A stretch of 64,000 nucleotides of DNA, taken from contig CAVPSJ010000004.1 in assembly GCA_963708295.1 (NCBI GenBank), forward strand, positions 1,056,001 to 1,120,000, given 5' to 3'. Source of the DNA: an uncultured delta proteobacterium. Lineage in GTDB: Bacteria; Desulfobacterota; BSN033; UBA1163. The notes under the pieces were generated by a model that saw only the letters and a program-made list of their open reading frames with translations, was not told the DNA's origin and made no database searches. A program made the translations under genes and the position numbers. Of the stretch, positions 17,686 through 27,618 are shown piece by piece (position 1 is the stretch's first letter; each line of letters begins with the position of its first letter).

Positions 17686-17743
17686 GAATAACGTTTTAGA
17701 TCAGTGGTGGCTGCACGCCGTCCGCTGGAGTGATTTGCTAGGC
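17686..17743 (-). mobile_element. Integron attC-like site (degenerate R'' box)
   Basis: GCCTAGC-AAATCACTCCAGCGGACGG...CCACCACTGATCTAAAAC-GTTATTC; 58 bp imperfect palindrome with two unpaired bases, downstream of the M6 gene. Confidence 0.62.
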
Positions 17744-17798
17744 GCTCTTTTAGTAAAAATTGCTCTGAGTAAACATTTATCGCATGAGGAAAGCTGCC

Positions 17799-18998
17799 CT
17801 ACCTTATCTTACTAATACGGATCTTATACGAGTCACCTATCTTTTCGATGATCTTGATCTCGATGTTGTTCTTCTTGTCCATGAACTCTCCCTTCCCCGG
17901 CAGGTCGAAGGCAGCACCCTGGAGATTGGGGACAGAGGGGTCTGCACTTATCAGTTTGACCGGTGATTTCCCGTATCTGCATTCTTCAATACTATCGTCC
18001 GCATACATGATCAGAACACCTTTGCCGGGAAGGTAGGGGTCAAAACTGCCAATTGGCTGCCGGTTCTCGACGAGATAAAATTTCGACTCTGTAAGTGGGA
18101 TTTTTATCACGAGCGTTTCTGATGATCCGTCTTCGAGTGGGCCGAGCACAACTTCGCTTACCTTCTTTGGATCCACCACCCGTACCTTTTCTTGGGCAGT
18201 CCAGCCGAGTCTCAACTTAGTCCATGATGATATGCCCGGCGGCGGAATATTCCGCTTGTAGAAATGGCAGGAAAGTGGATCCCAGTAACCCATATTGATT
18301 AGCGCGTCTGCAAAGCCGGTATCTTGTGTGGGATGTTTTGACTGAATGTCATGGTCGTAGAGGCAGGGTAATACTCTTTTTCCAGCACTCACTCCACCCC
18401 AGATATGGGCTATATCATGAAAAAGTGTGCCAAGGTGTGCCTGATAAGTGAAGATCGCAACTCCACCTGGAACAATCTGTCCGCTTTTGGTCTTAAATAT
18501 AATATCCTGTTTCCACCCGAGCATACCCGGAAATCCACAGAGTCCTACCATACCGTATTCTCTGAACTGAGCACCGAGAAACAGGACAACGAAGGAATAC
18601 CTGGAAAAATCATTCTTTTCATCTGCGGCATCAATGGCATTCTGTATAAGTCTTACGACCCGTGACTTGTCGACTTGTAGATTGGCTGGAGAGATAGCGT
18701 ACCGCTTAACGGAATCAGGGAGTCGATGCCACCCTGTGATATCGAAGTCAGTGCATACCTTCCCGTAAGACATTTCGCGTACATAAAAGTCAAGTTTTTT
18801 GAAACGCTCCCTGACAAAGTCTTCATTTACCGGAGGGACAATGTTCGGAAACTCGACAAGAATGACTAGCCCCTTCCTCCTTTCACAAACATCTCCACGT
18901 TGTTCCTTCGGATGGGCACTCACTGTGGGAAAAATTAGCCAAACTATAGCGGCGACAATGAGGCTGGCTATCGCCCTTCTTCTCCGATGGAATTTCAT
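17799..18998 (-). CDS. M6 (immune inhibitor A-like) metalloprotease domain protein, secreted
   Basis: LVILVEFP, YVREMSYGK, WTKLRLGW, EFYLVENRQ-like and GVLIM motifs; zinc motif reads HDIAH. Confidence 0.82.
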   Translation of the reverse strand: MKFHRRRRAIASLIVAAIVWLIFPTVSAHPKEQRGDVCERRKGLVILVEFPNIVPPVNEDFVRERFKKLDFYVREMSYGKVCTDFDITGWHRLPDSVKRYAISPANLQVDKSRVVRLIQNAIDAADEKNDFSRYSFVVLFLGAQFREYGMVGLCGFPGMLGWKQDIIFKTKSGQIVPGGVAIFTYQAHLGTLFHDIAHIWGGVSAGKRVLPCLYDHDIQSKHPTQDTGFADALINMGYWDPLSCHFYKRNIPPPGISSWTKLRLGWTAQEKVRVVDPKKVSEVVLGPLEDGSSETLVIKIPLTESKFYLVENRQPIGSFDPYLPGKGVLIMYADDSIEECRYGKSPVKLISADPSVPNLQGAAFDLPGKGEFMDKKNNIEIKIIEKIGDSYKIRISKIR

Positions 18999-19457
18999 GT
19001 CAATTTCTCCTTACTTCTCTTTTTCGCCTACCAGATATTAGACCTAAGAATAATATCTATTATACAATGCCTAGGTTTCGGATAACCTGCTAACATTTAA
19101 AGGATTTCTGTGGCGAAAAACATGGATATCCCCAAATCCAAAGGGCGCGATGGTTTTTTGGGAAGCTTACCAGGCATCCGCGGAGGAAAACAGGGTTCGA
19201 CCCGACCGTTCCCAATTCTCCGTGAACTGGGCAAGCGACTTTGCCAATTTCCGGAGTGCCTTCGTGATCCATTTGCAGTAGTAATATACACCTTTTCCTT
19301 TCTTTGTCAAAGTGAAGAGTTCAGGATCAGGAAGTACTAAATGAAATTTCCTTTTCGAGGTTTTTGGAGCAGGTTGATAGTAAGAGTTGGCGGCTTCACC
19401 TAGAAGTCATTACGGACAACCATCGTCAGAAATCGAAGATTACGAGGTTGAAAGCGT

Positions 19458-19517
19458 GTATAACGATCAAACTCAGCCGTCGCTGTACGCAGATCGGCCT
19501 GAAGCGACATGTTGGGC
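19458..19517 (-). mobile_element. Integron attC site
   Basis: GCCCAAC (RYYYAAC)...TTCAG(G)CCG...CGGCTGAG...GTTATAC; 60 bp, overlapping the 3' end of the hydrolase gene. Confidence 0.72.
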
Positions 19518-20450
19518 GGCACCCGAGTCGGTCCAGGGAAGTTTCATTAGATCGAGCAAGGCGCGCCCCAAGAGGCCGTAGGGATTGGCGAGCGTCTCGA
19601 GCATCTCGAAGTGATTGTAGCCCTCGCCGACGAGGAGTTGCACCAGCTTCCCTGCCGCTTTTAGCGCCACGGCAAAATCACGCGACTGGCGCTGGAACTC
19701 CGGTGTCTCGAACGTTCCGTAGGCCACGATTACCGGGCAGTTGAGCTTGTCAAGATGACGCTGTGGGCTTAACGCCTGCTCTATCTGGTCGGTGAACTTG
19801 ACGTAGCTGCTGCGCGCCGAGAGGCGCACCGGCTTCAGATCGAACATGCCGCTGCAGCATAACCCGCCCTTCACGGTGTCGGCTGGGAGGTTAAAGTCCT
19901 TCGTCCAGTCGGTGGTGAGGACCACGCCTGTGAGATGCCCGCCCGAAGAGAAGCCGGAAACGTAAAGGCGGTTGGGATCCCCGCCGAAGGTCCGGGCATT
20001 GCGATGCACCCAGGCAACCGCGCGGCGTACCTGATCGGCCATCGACATAAGGCTCCCGCCTGCGTCCTGCACCGTTGTGAAATCGAGCACCACGTAATGC
20101 GCGCCCGCGTGCACAAATAATTCCGCTGGGAAAGCGTAGTCCTTGGCAAGACCGCCACGCCAGGCGCCGCCGTGGATAAAGACGTTGATTGGTGCGTCGG
20201 GGCGCGTCGTCGTGTAGACGTCGAGTGCCTCGATTGGCGTCGGACCATAAGCGTAGCGCCGCGGCGGACCGATCCGCGCGCGTGTCGCCTCGCTGTTCGT
20301 TTCGTAGCGGTCCGTGATTTGCTGCTGGTTAGGCGCGTACACACTCTGGTCGTAGGCATCGTCGAGCTCTTTCTGGTCCATGTCGAGCCACACGCGCGGT
20401 CCCTTAACACGAGGCGCTTGCTGGGTCAGCACCGGTTGCTTCGGAGACAT
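19473..20450 (-). CDS. Alpha/beta hydrolase, arylformamidase (kynurenine formamidase)-like
   Basis: HGGAW oxyanion motif, GFSSGGH nucleophile, NHF; visibly GC-richer than its neighbours. Confidence 0.9.
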   Translation of the reverse strand: MSPKQPVLTQQAPRVKGPRVWLDMDQKELDDAYDQSVYAPNQQQITDRYETNSEATRARIGPPRRYAYGPTPIEALDVYTTTRPDAPINVFIHGGAWRGGLAKDYAFPAELFVHAGAHYVVLDFTTVQDAGGSLMSMADQVRRAVAWVHRNARTFGGDPNRLYVSGFSSGGHLTGVVLTTDWTKDFNLPADTVKGGLCCSGMFDLKPVRLSARSSYVKFTDQIEQALSPQRHLDKLNCPVIVAYGTFETPEFQRQSRDFAVALKAAGKLVQLLVGEGYNHFEMLETLANPYGLLGRALLDLMKLPWTDSGAAQHVASGRSAYSDG

Positions 20451-20670
20451 TCACCTCCTCCTTTCTTCATTAATGAATTATTCTCTGGGGCCGAGACCTA
20501 TCCGCACCGTTCATTTGCGGTTGTAATATACACCTTTTTGCAAAAACGGCCCGTTGATTTCGATGTGAAATATTTCAATAAAAACGAAACACGCTAAACC
20601 GCTCATACAGGAAGGAATGAAGAGATTTAAGAAAACGAGGATGTCTTTACCGTAGTTGTTAACTCCTGTC

Positions 20671-21138
20671 TTAGATCACCTGGAAGAGATAAATGCACGC
20701 TAAATGATATGCCGACAAAACGATGTAGATCGCGGCTGAGACATGCATACCATAAATGCCGATTTTAAAATTCTGGTGAGCGGCAAGAAAACAAGCTATT
20801 AATCCGATACCCAGGGATTTGATGATCATTACAGACTGAAAACCATTCTGGATGATCTGATCCATCAATGGGTTTAATTCGGATCCCCCATTTTCCAGGT
20901 GAATGGTCGTAAAGACAGCATCTAAGGTCGAAAGGACAAAAATTATAAACGTTACAACGATCGTGCGAGGCGAAGGTCGATCCACGTACTGATTGCGTTC
21001 CTCCCCGTCCCTGCGAAAGTTTTTCCTCTGCCCCCCGTATTTAAAAACGGATCGGAGGGACGTCGGATGCGACCGCCTGTCTTGAATGACTCTCTGGTCC
21101 GGGAATCGTGTGTTGAAGAATGAATTCATGGAAATCAT
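20671..21138 (-). CDS. DUF5658-like membrane protein
   Basis: LSTLDAVFT...GGSELNPLM...K motif preceded by a DRR...RR..YVDR segment. Confidence 0.78.
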   Translation of the reverse strand: MISMNSFFNTRFPDQRVIQDRRSHPTSLRSVFKYGGQRKNFRRDGEERNQYVDRPSPRTIVVTFIIFVLSTLDAVFTTIHLENGGSELNPLMDQIIQNGFQSVMIIKSLGIGLIACFLAAHQNFKIGIYGMHVSAAIYIVLSAYHLACIYLFQVI

Positions 21139-21183
21139 TCCATCCTACTTTATTTTAAAACGTTATCTCCACGTTTGAAAGCA

Positions 21184-21570
21184 TTACATGTCCGAAAGGG
21201 TACAATCAGGAAGGATTCTCACTCGACAATTTTGATTCGCATCAAGAGACTTGCAAACATCATACGTCGGATTCGTGGGGCAATACTCTGTCTTGCAGGT
21301 CATGTCTCTATAAATCACAAGGGACTCTTTCGATTTTACAACAAGCAGGTGACCATGGTTCCAGAGAGTGCAAGGGCCGCCGTCCCGTATCACCCACACA
21401 TCCAGCATCGTCTGATTCCCGACGGTGATACCCGTCTCACGGCAGGAGTCTTCCTGTGCCAGGGCCGATGGCGGAAAGAAAGTCAGGACAATCACCATAA
21501 GAGCGGGAAGGATAGCCTGAAATGGAATGTTTTTGATGATGAACCGAGTTGACGGGATCATCCCTTTCAT
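21184..21570 (-). CDS. Secreted Cys-rich hypothetical protein
   Basis: Signal peptide ending ALA-Q; 7 Cys; GGAGG RBS. Confidence 0.75.
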   Translation of the reverse strand: MKGMIPSTRFIIKNIPFQAILPALMVIVLTFFPPSALAQEDSCRETGITVGNQTMLDVWVIRDGGPCTLWNHGHLLVVKSKESLVIYRDMTCKTEYCPTNPTYDVCKSLDANQNCRVRILPDCTLSDM

Positions 21571-21823
21571 CTTTGTAACCTCCGTAGGTCCTTAACTTTT
21601 TCCCTATAAAACTTTACCAAATTGCGGGGGAGGATTCAACCGAAATTTAATGTCGAGATGATCTGGGGGTTGATGATGACCGATGAAATAAACATAAAGG
21701 GCAAGACCGTTTCTGACCTTGCCCTTGAGCTCATTTCATCCTTCCTCCCAGCGACCCTACCAAAAACAGATTGGAGATTAGTACCCCAATATATTAAATT
21801 CATACCTTATAGAAAGAGAAGAG

Positions 21824-23221
21824 ATGGAAAAGCAATTTGGAATTGATCGAACGGTAGGGAGTGTTCCAAGGCATCTTCTGTCCTACACCTTTCCGATGTT
21901 TTTGGGCAACCTGATACAGATCGGTTACAGTCTCGTCAATACCATATGGGTCGGACATTTGGTTGGAGAAAACGCCGTTGGAGCAATCGGGGTCAGCTTG
22001 CCTATCTTTTTTATACTGGTCGGATTTTCAATGGGCATCACCATGGCCACCACGATCCTCGTCTCCCAGTATTATGGCGCAAAGGATTACAAGTCGGTGG
22101 AAAAGGCAGTCAACACGTCATTTTCGCTTTCCATCATTCTCGGATTAGCGTTGAGCGTTGCCGGCATCTTTTCGAGCGATCCCGTTTTAAGACTGATGGG
22201 GACACCTCCGGAAAACTTCACATTAGCTTCAAGCTATCTGAAAATCAGCCTGGCAGGTTTCGTTCTGCTCTATCTGGGGCTTTTGATCAATTCCATCCTC
22301 AGGGGAATCGGTGACACCATAACTCCCCTGGCTTTTATGGCCATCGGCATAGGATTGAATATTATTTTGGATCCTTTTCTGATAGGAGGGTTTGGTCCAT
22401 TTCCAAAACTTGGGCTAAACGGCGCGGCCTATGCAAGCGTGATATCCCAGGCGACCGCTTTCATCATCAGCGTCGTCTACTTGAACCGGAAGAGCCACCT
22501 GGTTGCCTTTCATCCCAAGAGGCTTCTTCTTGACGGGTCCATGTCTTCGATGATTTTTAAAATAGGTCTTCCTGGGATTGTTCAGCAGATGCTTGTCTGG
22601 ATCGGCGCATTGTTTATCACGACCTTTGTCAATTTCTTCGGCAGCGCGGCCACGAATGCCTTCGGCGCGGTTGTGAGAGTGGATATGTTTGCTGTAATGC
22701 CGGCGTTTACGATGAGTATGGCCGTTTCTGCCCTGACGGGACAAAATCTCGGAGCCGGCAAACCCGAGCGGGTGAAGGAAATATTCAAGTGGGGAGTGAT
22801 CATCATCGCTTCCATCACCCTTCTCATTTCGGTGATCGCCGTCTTCTTCTCTGAACTTATCCTGAAGATGTTTGGGCTTGGGGGCGACTTAGCGGTCATG
22901 CGAATCGGCGTCAATTACCTGCGAATTGTGGGGTCTTGTTATGTCTTCTTTGCCGTTGCGTTTATTTCGAACGGCGTCATCAATGGAGCGGGCCATACGA
23001 TCGTCACGATGATCTTTTCACTTTTGTCCTTGTGGTTTATCCGGGTACCGGGCTCGTTGTTTCTGTCACGAAAGACGAGTTTAGGCATTACGGGAATCTG
23101 GATTTCTGTCGCCTTCAGCTTTCTGGTTGTAATGGTGATCAGTCTCGCCTATTACCATTCGGGAGGGTGGAAGAAGGACGTCATCGTCAGGACGCCCCCC
23201 GCGGTTCCAGCGATCCAATGA
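21824..23221 (+). CDS. MATE family efflux transporter
   Basis: 12 TM; LRGIGDTITPL, LNIILDP, GLNGAAYA and GQNLGAG motifs. Confidence 0.93.
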   Translation: MEKQFGIDRTVGSVPRHLLSYTFPMFLGNLIQIGYSLVNTIWVGHLVGENAVGAIGVSLPIFFILVGFSMGITMATTILVSQYYGAKDYKSVEKAVNTSFSLSIILGLALSVAGIFSSDPVLRLMGTPPENFTLASSYLKISLAGFVLLYLGLLINSILRGIGDTITPLAFMAIGIGLNIILDPFLIGGFGPFPKLGLNGAAYASVISQATAFIISVVYLNRKSHLVAFHPKRLLLDGSMSSMIFKIGLPGIVQQMLVWIGALFITTFVNFFGSAATNAFGAVVRVDMFAVMPAFTMSMAVSALTGQNLGAGKPERVKEIFKWGVIIIASITLLISVIAVFFSELILKMFGLGGDLAVMRIGVNYLRIVGSCYVFFAVAFISNGVINGAGHTIVTMIFSLLSLWFIRVPGSLFLSRKTSLGITGIWISVAFSFLVVMVISLAYYHSGGWKKDVIVRTPPAVPAIQ

Positions 23222-23387
23222 ATGAACCTCCCCGATTTCGCAATTGACTAATTTGAGCGTCTTTGGTAGTCTTATCCTCAGCCCCCAACCCTCTCGCATG
23301 AACCTCGACCCCTCGGGGAGAAATGGGTAAGGATCGGTGTCCTCTTTGACGTTGTGGTGAAGAATCTATCCGTGAAAGGTTGACGGG

Positions 23388-25013
23388 ATGGAAGACGATA
23401 CCACAAGCGAAAAGTGCCTGACCGATTTGTTGAGGATTTATTCCATTCTCTTTCTGGTCGTGGGTTACGTTTTTCTTCTCTTCCCCTGGTTTACCCTTGA
23501 AGCGATCGATAGGCTCGGTGAAAGCCCGATTGTTCTTTGGCTCCTCGGCGGAAATCCCCTCTTTAAATGGCTGGGCTGGGAACTGGACCATGAGAGGGTG
23601 AATGCCTTGGGCACCCCTGCCGAATATTTCTGGGTCTTTCTCGGCTTTTCGATGATGATGACGATCGCGGCCTGCAGCTATGTCGCCTCAAAAGACATTC
23701 GAAAGAACAGATCGGTCATCCTCCCCCTCATCCTCTCCAAGCTTGCCTCCTCTCTTTGCGCTTTGACCTTTTATTACTCCAGGGGCATTTTTGCCTATCT
23801 CGTCATTTTCATCACGGATTTTCCCCTTTTCCTCCTGACCCTTTACTTCTATCTGAAGGCTGACACCGGCCGCATTCCTGAAGTTTATCAGTCCTGGAAG
23901 ATTGACAGGGATAAGTACCGGGAGATGTGCCTCGGCAGTGAAAAGACCAGGGTTGCCTGTATCCGTGATGAGGATAAACTCAGGGCATTGGATCGGGTTC
24001 TTCGAGAGACGGGTTTTTGCGACCTTCTGGAAAGAAAATGGAAGGGCTCCGGTAAGAAGAAAGAGGATTTTCTTATTGCGGTGAAGTCAAACTTCATGAT
24101 GACTTATAACAAAATCGATGAAAGCACTTACACGGACCCTGAGCTTGTCGAGCATCTTCTTAACGAACTCCACGATAGAGCGTATACGAATTTAGCGCTC
24201 GTCGAATCGAGAAATACTTATGGCCTCTATTTTGATAAGCGGGGAGTGGCGGAAGTGGCGGACTATGTGGGTTATCGGCATAAAAACTACAGGATTCATG
24301 ATTTGACCGACGAACGGGAAGAGTTTGACTACGGGGGCCCCCTGGGTCGCCATTTTGTGGGACCGACATGGCGGGACGCGGACTTCAGAATATCTTTCGC
24401 TAAGAATAAGACCCATAGTTTTTGTTACTATACGCTCACCCTCAAGAATATCTACGGGACCCTCCCTCTGGAAAACAAGCTTCTTGAATATCACAAGAAG
24501 AAGGAGTTCGACTGGCCGACGATCGAGACGCTTAAGCACTTCCCGGTCCATTACGGAATCATCGATGCCTTCATCAGTGCGGACGGTCCGATGGGCGTCA
24601 TCTCCGATGTGAGGCCGAACCCGACGAAAACCCTCATCGGCGGAGAGAAGATCGTGGCTGTCGATTGGGTGGGGGCGCGAAAGATGGGGTTGAACCCCTT
24701 GAAGAGCCGTTTTATGAGAATTGCCGTCCGCGAGTTCGGCTCTCCCGAAGGGAAAATAGACCTGATCGGGGATGAGTCGCCTTATCGTCCATGGAAGAAT
24801 GTCCATCCCCTGTTGGTGGATATCCTCGCGATGGCGGAAGAGTGGTGGGTGTTCGCCCACAGCTTCATGTCCACGTTCATCTTTGCCGAAGAATATTTTC
24901 CTCGAAAGCCCATGAGCATCGTTTTCAGGTTTTTTCGACGCCTCATTCTACCCATTCTGCCTCTCTTTTTCAGAACTGGGCACAGGCTCCGGAAGTCAAG
25001 AAGGAGGCCGTAG
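23388..25013 (+). CDS. Membrane domain fused to a DUF362 domain
   Basis: About 4 TM helices in the first 155 aa; then VKSN, TDPELV, KNKTH, TLTLKNIYG, IIDA, VAVD, MGLNP. Confidence 0.78.
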   Translation: MEDDTTSEKCLTDLLRIYSILFLVVGYVFLLFPWFTLEAIDRLGESPIVLWLLGGNPLFKWLGWELDHERVNALGTPAEYFWVFLGFSMMMTIAACSYVASKDIRKNRSVILPLILSKLASSLCALTFYYSRGIFAYLVIFITDFPLFLLTLYFYLKADTGRIPEVYQSWKIDRDKYREMCLGSEKTRVACIRDEDKLRALDRVLRETGFCDLLERKWKGSGKKKEDFLIAVKSNFMMTYNKIDESTYTDPELVEHLLNELHDRAYTNLALVESRNTYGLYFDKRGVAEVADYVGYRHKNYRIHDLTDEREEFDYGGPLGRHFVGPTWRDADFRISFAKNKTHSFCYYTLTLKNIYGTLPLENKLLEYHKKKEFDWPTIETLKHFPVHYGIIDAFISADGPMGVISDVRPNPTKTLIGGEKIVAVDWVGARKMGLNPLKSRFMRIAVREFGSPEGKIDLIGDESPYRPWKNVHPLLVDILAMAEEWWVFAHSFMSTFIFAEEYFPRKPMSIVFRFFRRLILPILPLFFRTGHRLRKSRRRP

Positions 25014-25853
25014 ATGGAACAGAACGATAAAAATCTCATTAAGATCCTCGTTCTTTTAGGCCTTTCGGCCCTGCTGCTCGCTTGTGTCGTTCTGGAAGGA
25101 TACACCAGCTCCCTGACCGGTTATGTCATCGCTTTTTTTGCCGCCGTATTGGCCGGCTGCATCGTCACCGCTTTTACGATTTGCACCGAACACCTTATTG
25201 GCCTCATCCTCTTCGGATTTGTCATCGGTTTCTTAACTCAGGCCGTCGGGATCACTTCGGATCTGTGGTGTTACGACCGTACGTTCCTCTTTGCTGCGTT
25301 TTCGTGGTCCCTTGCCGCCGTCACCATGGAAGGGATCTCCAAGGTCATTCGATATAAGTTGAAAAGCCTGAGAGATCCTCCATTGAATGTGCTTATCATC
25401 ATTGCCCTGTTGGGAGTGCTCGTTACCACCCTTGCTTACCAGGATCATTGGAGGTATGCGAGGTATCGCCCCGCTCCTGGAGAATGGGCGGAGAGACAGG
25501 CGTCCCGAATTCAAGGGGAATGCTTCATTCATCAAGAGGTGCCCGGAAAGGGATCCGAACGGTTCAAATCGAAGCTTGAGCCTAATGAACCTTTTTGGAT
25601 CTACTACCTCTCACTGGCGGGCTTTGCCATCCTGATGCAAGCCCGGATCCCTTTTACCGATCTTCTGAGCTTGATATTGGCCGGATGGATCATGGGAGGG
25701 ATCAGTGAATGGTTGGGCGCTACGGCAAAATTATGGCACTTCAGGACAGTCGCCTTTCCCCCGCTCTTTCTTGTCCTCGGATGCTGGCCGCTTGAGTTTC
25801 TGGTCATCCGCGGCCTGGCCACCCGAATGAAGGGATCAGCCATCCTTCAATAG
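25014..25853 (+). CDS. Integral membrane protein with an internal repeat
   Basis: Abuts the upstream stop; two G.......G....LW segments; many hydrophobic helices. Confidence 0.75.
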   Translation: MEQNDKNLIKILVLLGLSALLLACVVLEGYTSSLTGYVIAFFAAVLAGCIVTAFTICTEHLIGLILFGFVIGFLTQAVGITSDLWCYDRTFLFAAFSWSLAAVTMEGISKVIRYKLKSLRDPPLNVLIIIALLGVLVTTLAYQDHWRYARYRPAPGEWAERQASRIQGECFIHQEVPGKGSERFKSKLEPNEPFWIYYLSLAGFAILMQARIPFTDLLSLILAGWIMGGISEWLGATAKLWHFRTVAFPPLFLVLGCWPLEFLVIRGLATRMKGSAILQ

Positions 25854-25899
25854 CCGTTGATTGCGAAAAGAATCTTCAAACGGGAGAAGAGAACCGAGC

Positions 25900-26022
25900 G
25901 GTCGACGATTCAGGCGTCGCCCGAGATTCACAGAAGGTTGAAGAAAAGATGGCCAGGAATAGAACCTTGAGATGCAAGGTGGATGAGATTGATAACAGAA
26001 TATCAAAGGTCAGGCTGACCCC
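25900..26022 (+). mobile_element. Relic of a RAYT/IS200-like transposase 3' end (copy 3 of 3)
   Basis: DSGVARDSQKVEEKMARNRTLRCKVDEIDNRISKV aligns with the 6.8 kb relic; ends ggtcaggctgacccc. Confidence 0.6.
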
Positions 26023-26390
26023 AAGCTCTCCTTTTTAGGCTATGTACCACGGTGGGTGTGGACTGCGGCAAGCCAAAAGGGGTTCATGATTTGGTTCAAA
26101 CACTACCCACTGGGAACCTTGGTAGATCGATTCCTCAAGATAGAGCAAGGGTCGGCCCACGTTGACATATTTCCGTTCGGGATCACTCGAAGAACGACAT
26201 TAAGGTATCAGACCTTCAAATGTGTCTTAAGCAAAACTACTTTGGCAAAAGCCCTAATGGGCATCAATTCGATTTTGTTAGCGTTCACCCTTCCCGCCAA
26301 ATTCCGCGAACCTTAAAGACTTGATCCTGCATTTGCTCCACACTTCAAAAGGCTCTTTTGTCAAGTTCCAAGACCCAGCACCACTTGTTC

Positions 26391-26903
26391 TCATTTTCTA
26401 GTACGGGAGGTCTTTTTCTCAAAATCTTTCCAGAATTTCTCCTCGGACTTCTTCCACAATTCTCCCCAGCGGCCTGAGAAATATCCTTCTAATGCATTCA
26501 TCAGGCGCCCCCAAGTAGATGTACCATCGGAGGATTCCACAATATCTTCTAGGAAAGGAACGATCTCTCCCAGTTTTTCCTTGGGGAGGTAAGCGCGGGC
26601 TCCCATTTCGATGGAACGTTTCAGAGATTTTGGATCGAGGGAGTGGGCTGTCAGCATGGCCGCCGGAAAGTTACGCTTAACCGCCTGGTCCAGGAGTTCG
26701 AAACCGCGGACTCCCATAATATCAAGGATCACCACATCATAGGTCTGAGATTCTAATTGATGGGTGGCTTCCTGATAGGTGGTGGCTTTTTCGATGATAC
26801 ATTTTGGGGCGTATCCCAAGATCTCCTCTTCCAGAACTTCCAAAACATCAGGCTCATCATCTACCGCTAAGATTCTTTTACTGTTCAGAATGGATTCGGC
26901 CAT
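26391..26903 (-). CDS. Stand-alone response regulator receiver with Trp-rich tail (copy 3)
   Basis: AVDDE, ILDIMG, LTAH, YLPK. Confidence 0.9.
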   Translation of the reverse strand: MAESILNSKRILAVDDEPDVLEVLEEEILGYAPKCIIEKATTYQEATHQLESQTYDVVILDIMGVRGFELLDQAVKRNFPAAMLTAHSLDPKSLKRSIEMGARAYLPKEKLGEIVPFLEDIVESSDGTSTWGRLMNALEGYFSGRWGELWKKSEEKFWKDFEKKTSRTRK

Positions 26904-27036
26904 AAGGATACCTCCTTTTATTCTGCGCCCCTCTATACCCCCGTCGTTCCAATATTCCAGTATTCCATTTTTCCATCAGGAGAATTTGCACCTTCTGACC
27001 GATGATTTCACTCTTCAGCCATCCCATCGGCCTCTG

Positions 27037-27531
27037 CTATTCAAACCTGTGCCATTCTCGCCACCGCAAGCCCGTCTTCTTTTCCCAGTCTGATTCAAAT
27101 TTACTGTCAAAGAACTCTTTCAAATTTTCTAAGAGCCATTTCCACCCGTGGAGATATTCATACCTCAGCACAACCTCCAAGAAGGGAACCACTTCCCCCA
27201 ACTTTTCTTTGGGAAGGTAGGCCCTGGCTCTCATTTCGAAAGACCGTTTTAATGCTTCAGCGCTGAGGGCATGGGCCGTAAGCATCGCCACCCGGAAATC
27301 TCTGCTCACTGCCAATTCCAATAAGTCGAAACCCCGAACGCCCATGATGTCGAGGATCACCACATCATACGTTTGGGACTTCAACTTTTTGACCGCTTCC
27401 TCATAGGTCGTGGCTTTTTCGAATTTACATTTTGGGGCTGCTCCTATAATTTCGTCCTCCAAAACCGTTAAAATATCTGGTTCGTCGTCCACAGCCAGTA
27501 TGTATTTCCCATTTAGAATGGAATCTGCCAT
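27037..27531 (-). CDS. Stand-alone response regulator receiver with Trp-rich tail (copy 2)
   Basis: AVDDE, ILDIMG, LTAH, YLPK. Confidence 0.9.
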   Translation of the reverse strand: MADSILNGKYILAVDDEPDILTVLEDEIIGAAPKCKFEKATTYEEAVKKLKSQTYDVVILDIMGVRGFDLLELAVSRDFRVAMLTAHALSAEALKRSFEMRARAYLPKEKLGEVVPFLEVVLRYEYLHGWKWLLENLKEFFDSKFESDWEKKTGLRWREWHRFE

Positions 27532-27618
27532 AATCCCCCCCTTATCAGTTTTCTATTTTTATACCTGCCCTATCAGGGGTGTCACGCATTCCCCGCATCC
27601 CGAGCAAATTTTCCGTTT

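Noticed and set aside
19871-20410. 179-aa alternative-frame ORF and other ORFs over the hydrolase gene
   Set aside because: Arg/Ser/Thr-rich shadow frames typical of GC-rich coding DNA.
26056-26316. 86-aa ORF between the transposase relic and the receiver array
   Set aside because: No RBS or motif; probably decayed sequence.
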